Source of the DNA: Antedon mediterranea
Taxonomy: Eukaryota > Animalia > Echinodermata
Direction of reading: 5' to 3'
Length of the DNA: 64,000 bases
Assembly (NCBI RefSeq): GCF_964355755.1
Contig: NC_092673.1
Location: 13,860,948-13,924,947, forward strand
The notes under the pieces were generated by a model, which saw only the letters and a program-made list of their open reading frames with translations, was not told where the DNA came from and ran no database searches. The position numbers and the translations under genes are program-made. Below are positions 24,930-38,555 of this stretch, piece after piece (the first letter of the stretch is position 1; each line of letters begins with the position of its first letter).

Positions 24930-26202
24930 TCTATGTGTAATGCGACTTCCTGTGAGGATTTCAGCATCTATTACATGATCATGGAGGTGCTTAATGTATA
25001 GTCTTGTACCATTACATAGTTCTTTGGTGATATCTAAGTTGCGTAGTAACATAATGATTGCACCTTGTTTTAAAATTAAGCGATGTGTTGGCATACCAGT
25101 TGGTGTGATGGAGTGAAGAAATTCTAAAGGGTAGTTGTTTGCTTCCAGTTCATCATGTGTAATAGCCTTGTGTCTGTACTTGTATATGTTTTTGGCAAGC
25201 CTGGAAGTTTGTTTATAACTTTATCATAAAGTGTAAATGTAGTTTCATTAGGGGTGTAAGATTAGAATCATCTACAATGCTTTCACGTTCAGATAAGATG
25301 TTGCACTGATGTGGAATTTCTATGGATGACGGTGGTGCTTTGGTCACCTGACTACGAAGTTCACCATTGCCTAACTGAAGGAGCCATTGTGCATACTGCT
25401 GTTCATTTTCATTTGGCCTCATATTCTTTGTGAGTTCAAAAATCTTGAAATTGTGCCATAGTGAAGATCGCTTAAGGCAGTTTTCAATGATTGCTGTTTG
25501 GGATTGTTTGGGAAGAACAGGTAACACTTGGCGAAAGTCACGTCCCATGAGAACAACCTTTCCTCCAAATGGGACATGTGTTTCAGTGATATCTTTTAAC
25601 ATTTTATCAATTGCTAAAAGAGCATTACTTGGGATCATTGAAGCTTCGTCAATAATGAAAAGGGAAACTGAACGGATGTAGTTGGCATATTTTGATGTTG
25701 GAGAAATGTTGCAAGTGCTGGTGTCTAACACAGGAACAGGGAGTTTGAAAAGATTGTCCTCCAGCAAGAAGTGTCGCGGCAATTCCTGTCCATGCAGATG
25801 ATGCAACTTTAATAGATTTACTTTGACAATAAGTAATAAGTGATATGTGTATACCGTTGTTTTGCCACTGCCACCTGGACCATTTAAAAAATAACATCGG
25901 GTGAATGGTATATTTTGATCTTCAAAAAGTGAATCCAGATCTTGAGTCACTTGGTCAACTGCGATGCGTTGGTCTTCATTGAGACGCATTAATTGTGTGT
26001 GGGATTTTTCAGTTTCGGTAACAATATCGAAGTCGTCTGAGGAGAGATTTTGAATATCGAGCTGGTTAATATCAGGTAGTCCTAAGGTTGTTAAACTTGT
26101 ACCATTTTGTTGCAAAGACCTGTCTATGTCTTGGAGAGCTAATTGTGTCGCTATTTGGAGGGCATACCCACGATGTGTATAGTCTTTGTCACACAGCCGC
26201 AA
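24930..26202 (-). pseudogene. Helitron RepHel PIF1-family helicase fragment
   Basis: GPGGSGKT (Walker A), IIDEASMI (Walker B), PFGGKVV..DFRQVLPV, LTKNMR, WLLQLGNG; then YPLEFLHSITPTGMPTHRLILKQGAIIMLLRNLD..CNGTRL; frameshifted; Rep domain absent. Confidence 0.92.
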
Positions 26203-26569
26203 CTACGGCTCTTTCGGACATGTAAGTGTTCTGTGAACCACCGGTGAACAACGGTAAATAGCCACAACGGAACCACTCGCACTAATGTAAAAAGTAAATT
26301 TAATAATAATCTTTGACAAACAATACTTTCTTTTATAATCCAAATCCCCCCCAAAAAAACCCAACCAATTCTCAAACAATGACCGCCCTTTACAGTATCC
26401 CTATTCCCAATACAATTTATACAATTTCCTAATTTTCCCACTCCTTCCAGACAAAATATCAACAATCTTCTTATTGACAAATAAATATTAAATCCCAGAA
26501 CCCCCCCCCCCCCCTTTTCAAATACAATAGTATCCCAATATGAATAATTAAAGGAATAATAAAAGGTCC

Positions 26570-27515
26570 GCAATATTGTTACTTCTTGTCTTCTTCTGTC
26601 TCGATGCTGACACAAAACAAATTAGAACGATAAAAGTTAACACGATTCTGCAACTAAACAACTAGCCGACGCCTCTGCTCCCGTTCTGATGGTATAACCA
26701 ATTATTATTCTTCCCAAACTGCAACTATTTTCTGATATTTCCAACAGTTGAATAGTAAGAATGACTTGCAAAATATATATACAACTTTTTATACCCTTTT
26801 TCAAAACTATTTCACTTGGCTCCGGTTGCGGCTAAGGCACTTGGTTGGTTGTTATTCGGGCCTGCGGCTATGCCACTTGATTGGCTGGGTTCCGGGCTTT
26901 CGGCTATGCCACTTGGTTGGTCGAGTTCCGGGCTTGCAAGTTCTGTTGCCTGTAATAAAGCCAAATCATCTATGTCATCCTCAGGAAAATCATCTATGTC
27001 ATCCTCAGGAAAATCATCAATTTTAATGGATTGTTGTGATCAGTGTCTAGAGGGGGCAATATTGTTACTTCTTGTCTTCTTCTGTCTCGATGCTGACACA
27101 AAACAAATTAGAACGATAAAAGTTAACACGATTCTGCAACTAAACAACTAGCCGACGCCTCTGCTCCCGTTCTGATGGTATAACCAATTATTATTCTTCC
27201 CAAACTGCAACTATTTTCTGATATTTCCAACAGTTGAATAGTAAGAATAACTTGCAAAATATATATACAACTTTTTATACCCTTTTTCAAAACTATTTCA
27301 CTTGGCTCCGGTTGCGGCTAAGGCACTTGGTTGGTTGTTATTCGGGCCTGCGGCTATGCCACTTGATTGGCTGGGTTCCGGGCTTTCGGCTATGCCACTT
27401 GGTTGGTCGAGTTCCGGGCTTGCAAGTTCCGTTGCCTGTAATAAAGCCAAATCATCTATGTCATCCTCAGGAAAATCATCAATTTTAATGGATTGTTGTG
27501 ATCAGTGTCTAGAGG
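26570..27515. repeat. Tandem duplication, about 486-bp unit, 2 copies
   Basis: GCAATATTGTTACTTCTTGTC... at 26570 and 27056; near-identical ORFs offset by 486 nt (26748 and 27234). Confidence 0.92.
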
Positions 27516-28659
27516 GGGAGGGGTTAATAAATTGCGGAGGAAGTGGATGGGCTAGTAAACGGGTTGGTTGGTATATTCTCCGTTTTAATATACTTGGTGG
27601 GTGTAGTATGCATAGATGAGGTTTCAGATACTGTCCTCTTTTTATAATTTTTGTAGTCATCCGCGAGTTGTTTTTTTAAGATGTCAGCTAAATTTATAAT
27701 TTTTGACAGTCAAGTGATTTGTAGCTGTGCATGTTGTTGCCGGTACTTGTCACTTGCATATATGCAAGTTCTCTTCCAGCCATATGCCGAAGTTGCTGCA
27801 ATTTTGTTACGATGAGAGTAGCCTGACAATGGGCAGGTTTTTTGTTTGATGACATCTGAAAAATTATATGTATATTATATAAATAAACACAGTAGAGTCT
27901 AATCTTAATTGCCGAGTTTCCAGTTAAGCTAAAGACAAATAATTCACATTTTAATTGCAGTCCATCAGATAATGTGATCACGTGCTGCGCAAAACTATTT
28001 TATTTATATGTTTTGATATATTATATTATTAAACAAATGCAGTTTTGGTAGAATTTAAAGAAATTATATATGAGACTTAATTGTAATCAACCAAAGTGTA
28101 TGTAACAACCAAGTATAATTGTGAGTCCATCAAAGTGTGTTCCTGCGTGCAGCGTAATATATTTGATTTACCTACCCCAAAATACTGTCTAAAATATTAA
28201 AAGCGGTTTTTTTTTTTCAAAACAAATGCAGCTTTTGTTGATCTGTTAAAAAAGACAGTACAAAAATGTCAATAAATAATAATTGTAATTATAAGACATT
28301 TATTTGTGAACGTCTAGTTAGGCCAATTAATTTTACACCGGTGTATCGACGTGGTTAAAAGTTGCACAAAACTATACCTAATTGTAGTCATAAAACTGTA
28401 AAGGAAAAAAATACAAAATTATGTCTTACACTAAAAAATCAGGTTGATCAGCAATTGAAATTACCATTGATCATCTTTGTTTTATATCACAATATAACCA
28501 GGCTCAGGATGTAGGTGTGTGTGTGTGTATTTAGCCTAGGTGCAGTTCAGCTCCAATTAAAAATGTTTTGTGTGTGACCTAGGCGTACTTTAGTTATTTA
28601 TTGATAATATAAATGGGTGACTTACCAACAATTTCCCATGTGACGGTTAAATAATGAAT

Positions 28660-28840
28660 AGCGTTTAAAAATCGCGGGCAGTATATATATGGAGTATATC
28701 AGATCATGTGATCACGCGCTGTGCAGAATATTTGCGGCCGGACAGGTAGTGTTTAAAAATCGCGGGCAGTATATGGAGCCAATCATATCATGCAATCACG
28801 GGTAGTGCAAAATATTTGCAGCCGGACAGGTGTGCATTTA
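28660..28840. repeat. Two diverged copies of an approximately 85-bp unit
   Basis: GTTTAAAAATCGCGGGCAGTATAT...AATATTTGC(G/A)GCCGGACAGGT repeated. Confidence 0.75.
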
Positions 28841-29174
28841 AGCGAGTGACTGAGCGGTTGTTGTAAATGAAGTTGGTATGGAAAACTGAAATTGAAATTA
28901 ATTGATAGTTTTTTTTAAACATTATTTTGTTAAATAACAATGTGTGCAAATTACCTTTTTACCATGTGACTAAATCGAAACTCAAAATGCTAAACAGCTA
29001 AAAAATGAAACAATGACACAAACTAATATTTTGTGGAAACACGACACCCATTTGGATTCGTTTTATTTGTGTGTTGTTTTTTTTTTGCAATTTTTTTGTG
29101 TGTGTATTTTTTCGTATCTTTTTTGCTAGTTTTGTCTAGTTTTGATTTTTAGCTTCAAACGGTGATTAATTATT

Positions 29175-29250
29175 ACACATGTCGCGAATTGAACTCGAAC
29201 CTACTGAGCATTGATATCTATGGTCATGGCGATTTGCTCACTGAGCCAAA
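29175..29250 (-). mobile_element. tRNA-derived SINE head (Pol III A and B boxes)
   Basis: Minus strand TGGCTCAGTGAG (A box) and, about 35 nt later, GGTTCGAGTTC (B box); no cloverleaf. Confidence 0.45.
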
Positions 29251-29384
29251 CAGTGATTTACAAAATACATTCTGTTCCAAGGATAGGTGTAATTTATTTA
29301 TTTATTTATTTAATTTATTTATTCGATACGGCGTGTTTTGCCCCAAGTATCTCATGTAAAACTATATAGTGAGGGCAACCATGG

Positions 29385-30030
29385 TTGTCTTCGCTGTCCC
29401 GTACAAAATTTGATCCTTGGCCTGTCTTTGTTATAACGCCACCCCTTGCCTTCTTATACTCTTTTCGGAGATTTCTTAGCTTGGTTTTCACTATGTCGCC
29501 TGTTATCTCTAGGTACCCTCTCTCATCATGCGTTTAGCAATTTCTTCATGCACCTTCGCTTTCTGCCTGAACATCTTGTCTTCTAATTTCTTTTTTAATT
29601 CGGGCTCATTCCAAATCTCTATGAGATCCCTCTCTTCTTTCGTTGACCATTTATGCCTACCCATATTGATCACAGAAACGGCGATGAAAATAGTATCAAA
29701 ATTAAACGAAAGATTGCGATAAAATAAAAAGAATACAGTATTGCAGCTTGCTTGGTTGAAAGATGGAGACGTCAAAAAGAATATAACGCGCTGTCAAAAT
29801 TATTGTTGTTGTTGTTGGGGTCGTCTGCTTCCGGTTGGGTCGATGACCCATACATCACCCGATTAGCAAACTTAGATAACTTCGTAAGATCATGATAATT
29901 AACGTGCTCTCGGAGAGCACGTTAGCCGGAATTAATGTGATATCCAAGATCACGTTAACGACTTCCTGCAGGTTCACATTTAACATCGTGATAAAGAAAC
30001 TCATGATAATTTCTGAATGTGAACCTAGCT
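29385..30030 (-). pseudogene. Myb/SANT-like (trihelix) gene relic plus one terminus of a PIF/Harbinger element
   Basis: MGRHKWSTKEERDLIEIWNE..HEEIAKRM..VKTKLRNLRKEYKK with stops; Harbinger-type end AATGTGAACCTAGCT at about 30016-30030. Confidence 0.7.
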
Positions 30031-30059
30031 ATTATCTATAGAAACTATATTTAAAGATT

Positions 30060-30720
30060 TAGGTAAGATTTTCTGTTTAGATTTCATTTCCTCCTCAGCA
30101 ATGCTAACTTGGTACCGTAATGTTGATGATTTTGAAGTACAGATACCAAACTTTGATAATTCAGTCAAACATTCTGTGTACGAATGGGAAAATCTGTCTA
30201 TAATGTCTGAAATCAGAAGGTGTTATGGTCTGTATTGACAATGAATAACATGCAACACATTACTTTAATTCGTTTTAAAATTCTGCTACTATTTATTTGT
30301 TCATTGTCATGAGTTGTGAGACAGTATTCTGTCAAATTGAATTTAAACTTTTTGAGAACTGCCTTTTCCACATCAGTTAAAGTCATCTTGGTTATGAAGT
30401 TCCATAAAATGGGATCAAATAGCTCAAAGGCTAAAGGTTGAAACTCATCTATCTTTATAGAACAACTTGAAATCATGTTGGCGATTTTTTTTCAGCTTCT
30501 CATAGACATGGTCTACCATAATATCATTTAAATTAGGGATAGCATTGCATGTTGTGTTTCTACTTTCTTCTTCCAATTCTTCACATCTCTTTTTCTTCTT
30601 GTTTTGTTCTTCTAACAAAGCTTTTTTTTCTTTCCTACTTTCAAATAGAGATTTTAAAAGACACAATATAATACAAAAGATTAGAATTCTTTCTTCTAAA
30701 GACGGTTCCATAACGCTCCA
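30060..30720 (-). pseudogene. Academ-like transposase N-terminal fragment
   Basis: DPILWNFITKMT..KRIKVMCCMLFIVN..TELSKFGICTS..TLRY resembles the conserved region upstream of the Academ catalytic domain; several frameshifts. Confidence 0.5.
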
Positions 30721-30804
30721 TGCCTGCGGTAATTAAATTTCTATTGTATTTACAAAAGTTTGATTTATATAAATTATTGTTCAATCACATGAACATGTCA
30801 TTAA

Positions 30805-31765
30805 AATGGCAATTTCTAAATTTAATTTCTGTTGCTCTAGTTTTAATTTATTTATTTCGTCGTTCAATTTGATTTCTTCAGTTTTGTTTTTTTGAATTGT
30901 TGACTTAGCCAGCTTGACGCCCCAGTCCATATATTCATCCTGTAAATTTCTTTTCCTTTTTGGATCATTTAATTGCTGGGTCGTTGTGGTTGGTTGTAAT
31001 TGAATGACATCATGTGAGTCATCTTTACCATCATCATTACCTAAAATAAAATTGTAACATTTACTTCCTATTTTTATAACAATATAGGCCTAATTTAATT
31101 AATAATAACAATGGCTTTTAACTTACTACCAGTTTCTATATATGTTTCACACTCTGTCGAAACACCAACAAACATCGCACTATTTAGTCCTCCGTAGATG
31201 TCACAAATAATTTCACAAATTTTGCACATTGTATGAGGTGGACCACCGTCGGTCCCTTGATGTTTAACCTACAAAAATTAAACATTAAATTAAATACTTC
31301 ACTTTATCATATATGACTTAATTATGTCATTTTCTAGACTTACAGTAGCCTAATATTAGCCTATACTTATGCTTAATACTATAATATAGATAGGCTATAC
31401 TGGGCCTAGTCTACCTACTGTAGCTTTTATTTTCTGAATTTATTGTTTATTATTGTATTGATTAAACATATTCTTAAAAGGAAATACAGTATATGGGTAA
31501 GATTTGTTTTTACCTTATTGATATCTTTTTTGGCTTCCGCCACTAAGTTCTTCCACTTTTTGTTTATTTTTTCTCATGTTTGTTGAACTCCAGGATTAAT
31601 TGCATTTATGCTATTACAAATTCTGTCCCATTGCTTTCTTTTAATTTCAACATTAACATTCGCATTTAATTATTAGAGCAGTATTGTTTTCGATTCATTA
31701 AATAGCTCGACTAATGCTATCTTTTCACTTGCTGAGAACGCCGGCCTTCTTTTATTCACGTTCAT
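30805..31765 (-). pseudogene. Three-exon Myb/SANT-like (NAIF1/MSANTD3-type) Harbinger partner gene with stops
   Basis: Exon 1 MNVNKRRPAFSASEKIALVELF..KRKQWDRICNSINAIN..KKWKNLVAEAKK; exon 2 GTDGGPP; exon 3 coiled coil; GT-AG boundaries; TAAGACC/GGTCTTA subterminal motifs at 31890-31990. Confidence 0.75.
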
Positions 31766-32789
31766 TGTAAACAGAATTGTGATTTGAGTGAGTGTGACGA
31801 ACATAACCTTATTTGGTATTATAAGCGTAAAGTGCGCCCTCAATGTTTGTTATAATATGAGTTGTTGTTTGCGCATCTATACTCGTTGCGGTCTTAGGTA
31901 AGACCATTTTATAGCAATGGTCTAACAGGGTCGACTTTAATAAGACCGTCTTTCTGATAAAGCCGGCATTAGTCGGGGAGTTAAGACCATCATTTACCCA
32001 ATATATTTGGATTCCCTAGAAAAAACTGGTTTAGAAAAGTCATATGAGAATTTCTACCTCTCCGGGTGGCACCTACCTCATTCATAGCCTAGTCTAGTAG
32101 GTTACATCGCTTAACCAATTGCCAGGCAATTTTATAACATATTTACATTATATTTCATCCGCGCAAGCAATATAATCGTTATCAAGAGTACAAATCACAT
32201 ATAATACGAAGAAAAACACTTTTATAGGTAATTATTAATTGATATTTAATGCATTTTTTTTAAGTCTGTAACGTAAATTACGTCATTTGTGCGACATATT
32301 TAATTGACGAATTTTTTAAAATAAAACTCATTTTTTGTCAAAATTTCACTTACATGCGTTTAACGTATAGGTAAGGCTCCAAAATATACAGTATTTACAA
32401 TGATAAATGGGATTATATTTAATTTTTACACTAGTGAATATTATGAAATTGGCCGGCGACAGGCGGTTTTGTGTCATCATGAAGTTTAAAGTGACATTAT
32501 TTTTTAAGGGCAAGGATTTTCGAAATGAAACTTGGCCAATACAAAGAATAACGTTTCCTGTACCGTCATAACGCTTTAAAACACACTTTTAGTGCATAGT
32601 TTTATATATATATAACACAGTAATTATAGGCGACATTGGTTTTTCATATTCGTGTTGGTATAGTGAGCCTGAGCCCATAGGATCTTTTATATTTTTAATT
32701 GAGCGTTTTGGTGATAAAGATCAGCATCAGCGTGTATTCGATTTACTTCTTATTAGGCCTACATTTGGTTCTGTGCTTCTGGACCTCCC

Positions 32790-33400
32790 TCTTTCTTTAC
32801 CTTGGTCTTCATAATCATGTATCCGGAAGGAATAATTTTGCTATCTTCATATGGAAAATCATGGTCTAGGTAGTCTGGCTTGTCATTATCTGGATAAAAC
32901 CTTGATATTTGATATTGACTGACAGCACTGACAGTGTCCCAACATTGATTTTATTTTATCATCACAGGATAATCTTAAGCATTCAGTGTTAAAAAATTCA
33001 CAAGCTTCCGCTAACATAGCCCATTGCGATCGGCAGGAGTGATGGTCAAGATGTTTACTTCTGGTTACGTTATTCGATTTCGGGGGCACTCTTGCCTTCA
33101 CAAGTCTCTTGTAGTTCTTAGCATTTCTAGAATTACACTTGGGCGGAATCATTAAATGATGAATGGTAGACTTACTGATACCTGCTACATTCAGATTAGG
33201 CACAGAGTCCAACAGATGATTTTGAATATCACCTAGAGTAACACCAGAGCTCATCGTTGTGTCTGTCCTTTGTTGTTCTTGTGCTGCAAATCCATGTCCC
33301 TGCAAAAAACGCTGCGTTTCCTTAACAATTGTAGGAAATTGTTTGTGTTTGGCTGGTCTGCCTGGCTTAGCATTAACTAACTTAAAAATTAGATTTTCAA
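32790..33400 (-). pseudogene. Zator transposase fragment
   Basis: PGRP..GFAAQ..GVTL..ISKSTIHHLMIPP..LSCDDK, then a shifted frame AVSQY..PDYLDHDFPY..IIPSGY; S.DDK and DHDF..PSGY are Zator signatures. Confidence 0.8.
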
Positions 33401-34179
33401 TTGTACAGTTACAGTAATGCAAATTGTTTCTAAACCTCTGTTAATTCGAACACACACAAGTTAGTTGATCACTTACCATTTCTCTGTTGGGTTGAGGATC
33501 CCTCGTCATCATCTGATAATTCTACAGAATCTGAAGAAAAATGTATACAATACAAAAATCTTAAGTGAAAGCTTTAATTATTAGTGTAGGGTCTGCCTGT
33601 AATATAAAATTTTATTGGGCTAGCTGTTGCTAGAAATGTTTACAGTTCAATCATTGACATTTTTCAATTGTACAGATAATACAAATTGTTTCTAAACCTT
33701 TTAATTTGAACACACACATAAACACCTTCAGTTAGGCAAGTTATGTTTAGTACATTTAAATATTATACAAAAACACTATCCTGTACATTTCAAATAATCC
33801 TCAAATTTTCTTTTTTTTTGTCTTTGAGTTGGCAGACTCTCCTCTTCAAATGTTGTTGTTAAGTTAAAAGACAGCTCACACTCCTTTTTGTCTTCTACAA
33901 CACAAAAATCAAATAAACAAATTGTAAGAATTATTGCAGCGTTGCTCTGAAATAACTTAATTGACTTAATACAATACAATTTTAAAAGTTTTGAATTCAA
34001 AGATTTTCAAAAATCTTTTACTCCAATTTAAGCTGAAAATTACAACATTTAAAATAATAATGACTACATAAACAAAATAATTATGAAAAGAATCAAAGTA
34101 CATACAAACAATTAAAAAAATTGAATTAGTATATAAAAGTGCTCTTTATTTAAGGTCATTTTAGTTTTGACTAGTTGGA

Positions 34180-35230
34180 ATTCCATCCATCTGTTGGCTT
34201 TTCCTTGTCCTTCATGGCTCTTTACTGCATTGCTGCATGGCCACAAAACAGTTTGTTCTGAATCCAGTCATAAGGAATGACTCCTTCCTCTTCTTGGTTA
34301 TTTTCTAGCCAGATTGCTAAAGCCCATATTGTGCTGTAGACAAAAAACAAAACTTCCAAACCAGTGCTGATAATAATTTTGTTAATAAGTCAATTTTTTT
34401 ACCCCAATTTGTTCAGCAAGGGGGAAAAACATTCGCTCTGTTTGAAGGGAGACACACATCCTTGCTGGGTGGTACGTATGCAATGTTGATTATTTTGAAT
34501 CACATGGACTACTGAAAAAATTGTGCATGTCACACTGTTGAATACCATCCAGTCATCTGTTGACTTTTGCCTTTAATTCTTATGGCTCTTACTGCATTGA
34601 TGCATGGCCACAAAACAGTTTGTTCTGAATCCAGTCATAAGGAATGACTCCTTCCTCTTGTTCATTTTCTAGCCAGACTGCTAAAGCCCACATTGTGCTG
34701 TAGATAAAAAACAAAACATTCAAACCAGTGCTGATAATAATTTGGCTAATAACACAATTGTTTTTTTCCAATTTGTTCAGCAAAGGAAAAAAAACATTCC
34801 CTCTGTTTGAAGGGAGACAGTTTCAGATCTTTAATTGATAGAATTTGTTTTTTGTGTGGTTTTACCAAGATCTGGTACGTATGCAATGTTGATTAATTTT
34901 GAATCACATAGACTACGGAAAAAATTGTGCATGTCACACTGTTGAATACCATCAAGTCATCTGTTGACTCTTGCCTTATTCTTATGGCTCTTACTGCATT
35001 GATGCATGGCCACAAAACAGTTTGTTCTGAATCCAGTCATAAGGAATGACTCCTTCCTCTTCTTGTTCATTTTCTAGCCAGACTGCTAAAGCCCACATTG
35101 TGCTGTAGATAAAAAACAAAACTTCCAAACTAGTGCTGATAATAATTTTGCTAATAACACAATTGTTTTTTTCCAATTTGTGCAGCAAAGGAAAAAAAAA
35201 CATTCCCTCTGTTTGAAGAGAGACACATCT
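34180..35230 (-). repeat. Three tandem copies (about 370-400 bp) carrying a CACTA accessory (DUF4806-type) first exon
   Basis: Each copy encodes a variant of MWALAVWLENEQEEEGVIPYDWIQNK after a CTACAG acceptor; copies near 34230, 34590 and 34990. Confidence 0.65.
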
Positions 35231-35719
35231 TTATTTCCCTTCTAACAAAAAAAAAGAAAAAAAGAGTGGAAGGGCGTAATCTCAGAAGAAGAGCTTATAA
35301 ATGTAGAAACCCCTGTATAATAATATAAATGTATTAAAAAATTTGAAAAAAGCCAATCTCTAATTTAGTGATAACAAGGTTAAATGTCTTGTTCAATATA
35401 CAGTAAAATGGCATTCAACGTGAACAGTTGCCCAATCATCTATGGATCATCTACAGTATACTTCAACAGAGACATTCATTTTTGTAATAATTATTGAACA
35501 AAAATCAATGGAAACAAAGTATGCATTGAATTTGACAGTGAAGAAGATTTCTCTTGCACTGAAGATTATACCAGAACTACTGTATGTACAGTATAATGCA
35601 AAAAAATGTATTGTTTTTTGCTCTTCTGCCATTTGAAACTTCTTATGGCCTGTTGAAATATAGTTAACGTTGACAGTTACTGTATAAGTTTCCTAGCGTC
35701 ATTCACAATTTAAGTAAAC

Positions 35720-37143
35720 TGAAATTACCACCAAATGAACAGCAACAACTGCAAGAGCATCAATTACAATTTGAAGTCAACTGAAATTACCACCCAAACA
35801 GCTGGAGAAGATAATCTACCAATGGTATTGGTGCTCTTGAGAAATGTTTTACGAACAGCAACAACTGCAAGAGCATCAATTACAATTTGAAGTAAACTGA
35901 AATTACCACCCAAACAGCTGGAGAAGGTAATCTACCAATGGTATTGGTGCTCTTGAGAAATGTTTTACGAACAGCAACAACTGCAAGAGCATCAATCACA
36001 TTTTGAAGTCAACTGAAATTACCACTTAACAGCTGGAGAATGTGATCTACCAATGGTATTGGTGCTCTTGGAAAGGTTTTTATGAACAGCAACAACTGCA
36101 AGAGCATCAATCACATTTTGAAGTAAACTGAAATTACCACTTAACAGCTGGAGAATGTGATCTACAAATGGTATTAGTGCTCTTGAGAAATGTTTTACGA
36201 ACAGCAACAACTGCAAGAGCATCAATTATAATTTGAAGTAAACTGAAATTACCACTTAACAGCTGGAGAATGTGATCTACCAATGGTATTGGTGCTCTTG
36301 AGAAATGTTTTACGAACAGCAACAACTACAAGAGCATCAATTACAATTTGAAGTCAACTGAAATTACCACCCAAACAGCTGGAGAATGTGATCTACAAAT
36401 GGTATTAGTGCTCTTGGAAAGGTTTTACGAACAGCAACAACTGCAAGAGCATCAATCACATTTTGAAGTCAACTGAAATTACCACTTAACAGCTGGAGAA
36501 TGTGATCTACAAATGGTATTAGTGCTCTTGGAAAGGTTTTTATGAACAGCAACAACTGCAAGAGCATCAATCACATTTTGAAGTCAACTGAAATTACCAC
36601 TTAACAGCTGGAGAATGTGATCTACAAATGGTATTGGTGCTCTTGAGAAATGTTTTACGAACAGCAATAACTGCAAGAGCATCAATTACAATTTGAAGTA
36701 AACTGAAATTTACCACTTAACAGCTGGAGAATGTAATCTACAAATGGTATTGGTGCTCTTGAGAAATGTTTTACGAACAGCAACAACTGCAAGAGCATCA
36801 ATTACAATTTGAAGTAAACTGAAATTACCACTTAACAGCTGGAGAATGTGATCTACAAATGGTATTAGTGCTCTTGGAAAGGTTTTTATGAACAGCAACA
36901 ACTGCAAGAGCATCAATCACATTTTGAAGTCAACTGAAATTACCACTTAACAGCTGGAGAATGTGATCTACAAATGGTATTAGTGCTCTTGGAAAGGTTT
37001 TTATGAACAGCAACAACTGCAAGAGCATCAATCACATTTTGAAGTCAACTGAAACTACCACTTAACAGCTGGGGAATGTGATCTACCAATGGTATTGGTG
37101 CTCTTGGAAAGGTTTTTATGAACAGCAACAACTGCAAGAGCAT
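35720..37143. repeat. Tandem satellite, 115-bp unit, about 12 copies
   Basis: Unit GAAATTACCACTTAACAGCTGGAGAATGTGATCTAC...GAACAGCAACAACTGCAAGAGCATCAAT..TTTGAAGT(A/C)AACT; period not a multiple of 3. Confidence 0.95.
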
Positions 37144-38555
37144 ATTTGAAAATTGGAGAAATGCAAAAAAAAAGTACATATCAATTCATGAACCTGTCTG
37201 ATAAAGGTAGATCAAATAAAAGATACGAACAGACAATTAAATGTTATTGTATTCAATAAAAGGAGGAGGATGAGCAGTTCCAAATATTTGGAGTGCATTG
37301 CAACTACTTCACATTTTGTCTATTTCACTGTATATTGAATATTACATAGAATCCTCTTTCACTATTTGGAAAGAATTTCCTGTTAAACAACCTGTAGTTT
37401 ATTTACATTTAGAATTCCCTATTTATAATTTTTTCACTTTATGGTTCCCTTGTATGCATCATCCACAATTCTTATTTTTTAAAGGAATTTTTGATCTACT
37501 TTCACTATTGGGTAAAAAGTAATGATCTTCATCATCATCTTGATAATGTCGCCTCCAAATTGTATATTTTGGCACCCACTTTACAGATAGAACTAAACCT
37601 ACATACACCACTATATTTACATTTTTAGGACTCATTTGTTTATTCAGTAAAGAGAGGCCTCCAGCCCATTTTACAATAGGAAATCATATTTAATTTTTTT
37701 CTAATGAAAATTATCATCATAGATTTCTAAACACAGATTTGTATATATATATAATATTGCTTCAATGAGTGGTAATTAGTATATGCATAAACCTTTGTCC
37801 ACAGACATACCTGGTTTCTTTTCACAGTCCCTTTTTTGCAAAAACCTTGTGTGCATGTATGGAATATATCTTTTAGTTGCAGTGTGTTATTTTGCAAAAC
37901 ACCATCTAACTTTATGTCTGTGTCATTTGTTGGCGCATCGTGGTGATCTTTATCTTGGTCAATATCATGACCTAATCCCACTTGTGATGAATTCTGATAG
38001 TGAATTGCATTCAAGATACTCACTTGTACTTGTGTAGTGCATAAGCGTTCTACATTGATATCTATAATTTAAAAAAAACTTCTTTGTCCACTTTGCAGAC
38101 TACTTTCCATGTGAATAGATAATAGGTATATTTTATCAACACCATTCTTGTAGCGTTATATAACTTAATTTAAGTAGGCCTCATTTTAGCAATTCCACTA
38201 TCTGGTAACGCTCTTTGTCTAAATTGCACCTCTACCATTGTAGCCTATTGTAAAGACTTTCCATGAAGGATACCATTTTAGCTTATTACCACAAAGGTAG
38301 TATCTCTATTACCTAGTTTTGTGTAGCTAGCCAAACATACAGACATGGCCTTTCTCTAACCTTGGCCACTAAATATATTTATATAATAATAAAAATGTTA
38401 ATACAGTTTACTGTTCATGCAAAATTTACAGTTACTGAAGTTAATATTTTGTAAATCAATGATACAACGCAAATGCCTAATATCTTAAAATAATTAAAGT
38501 AAATTGAGTGATAAATGATTGTTTCCATACCCATTACATTTGTTTGAAAATATTA

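Noticed and set aside
37560-38380. Possible herpes-tegument-like (C76) protease relic downstream of the decayed transposase
   Set aside because: Only a vague pattern (GQG..AMSVCLASY..GILHGKSL) with stops and no intact catalytic Cys; too degraded to call by eye.
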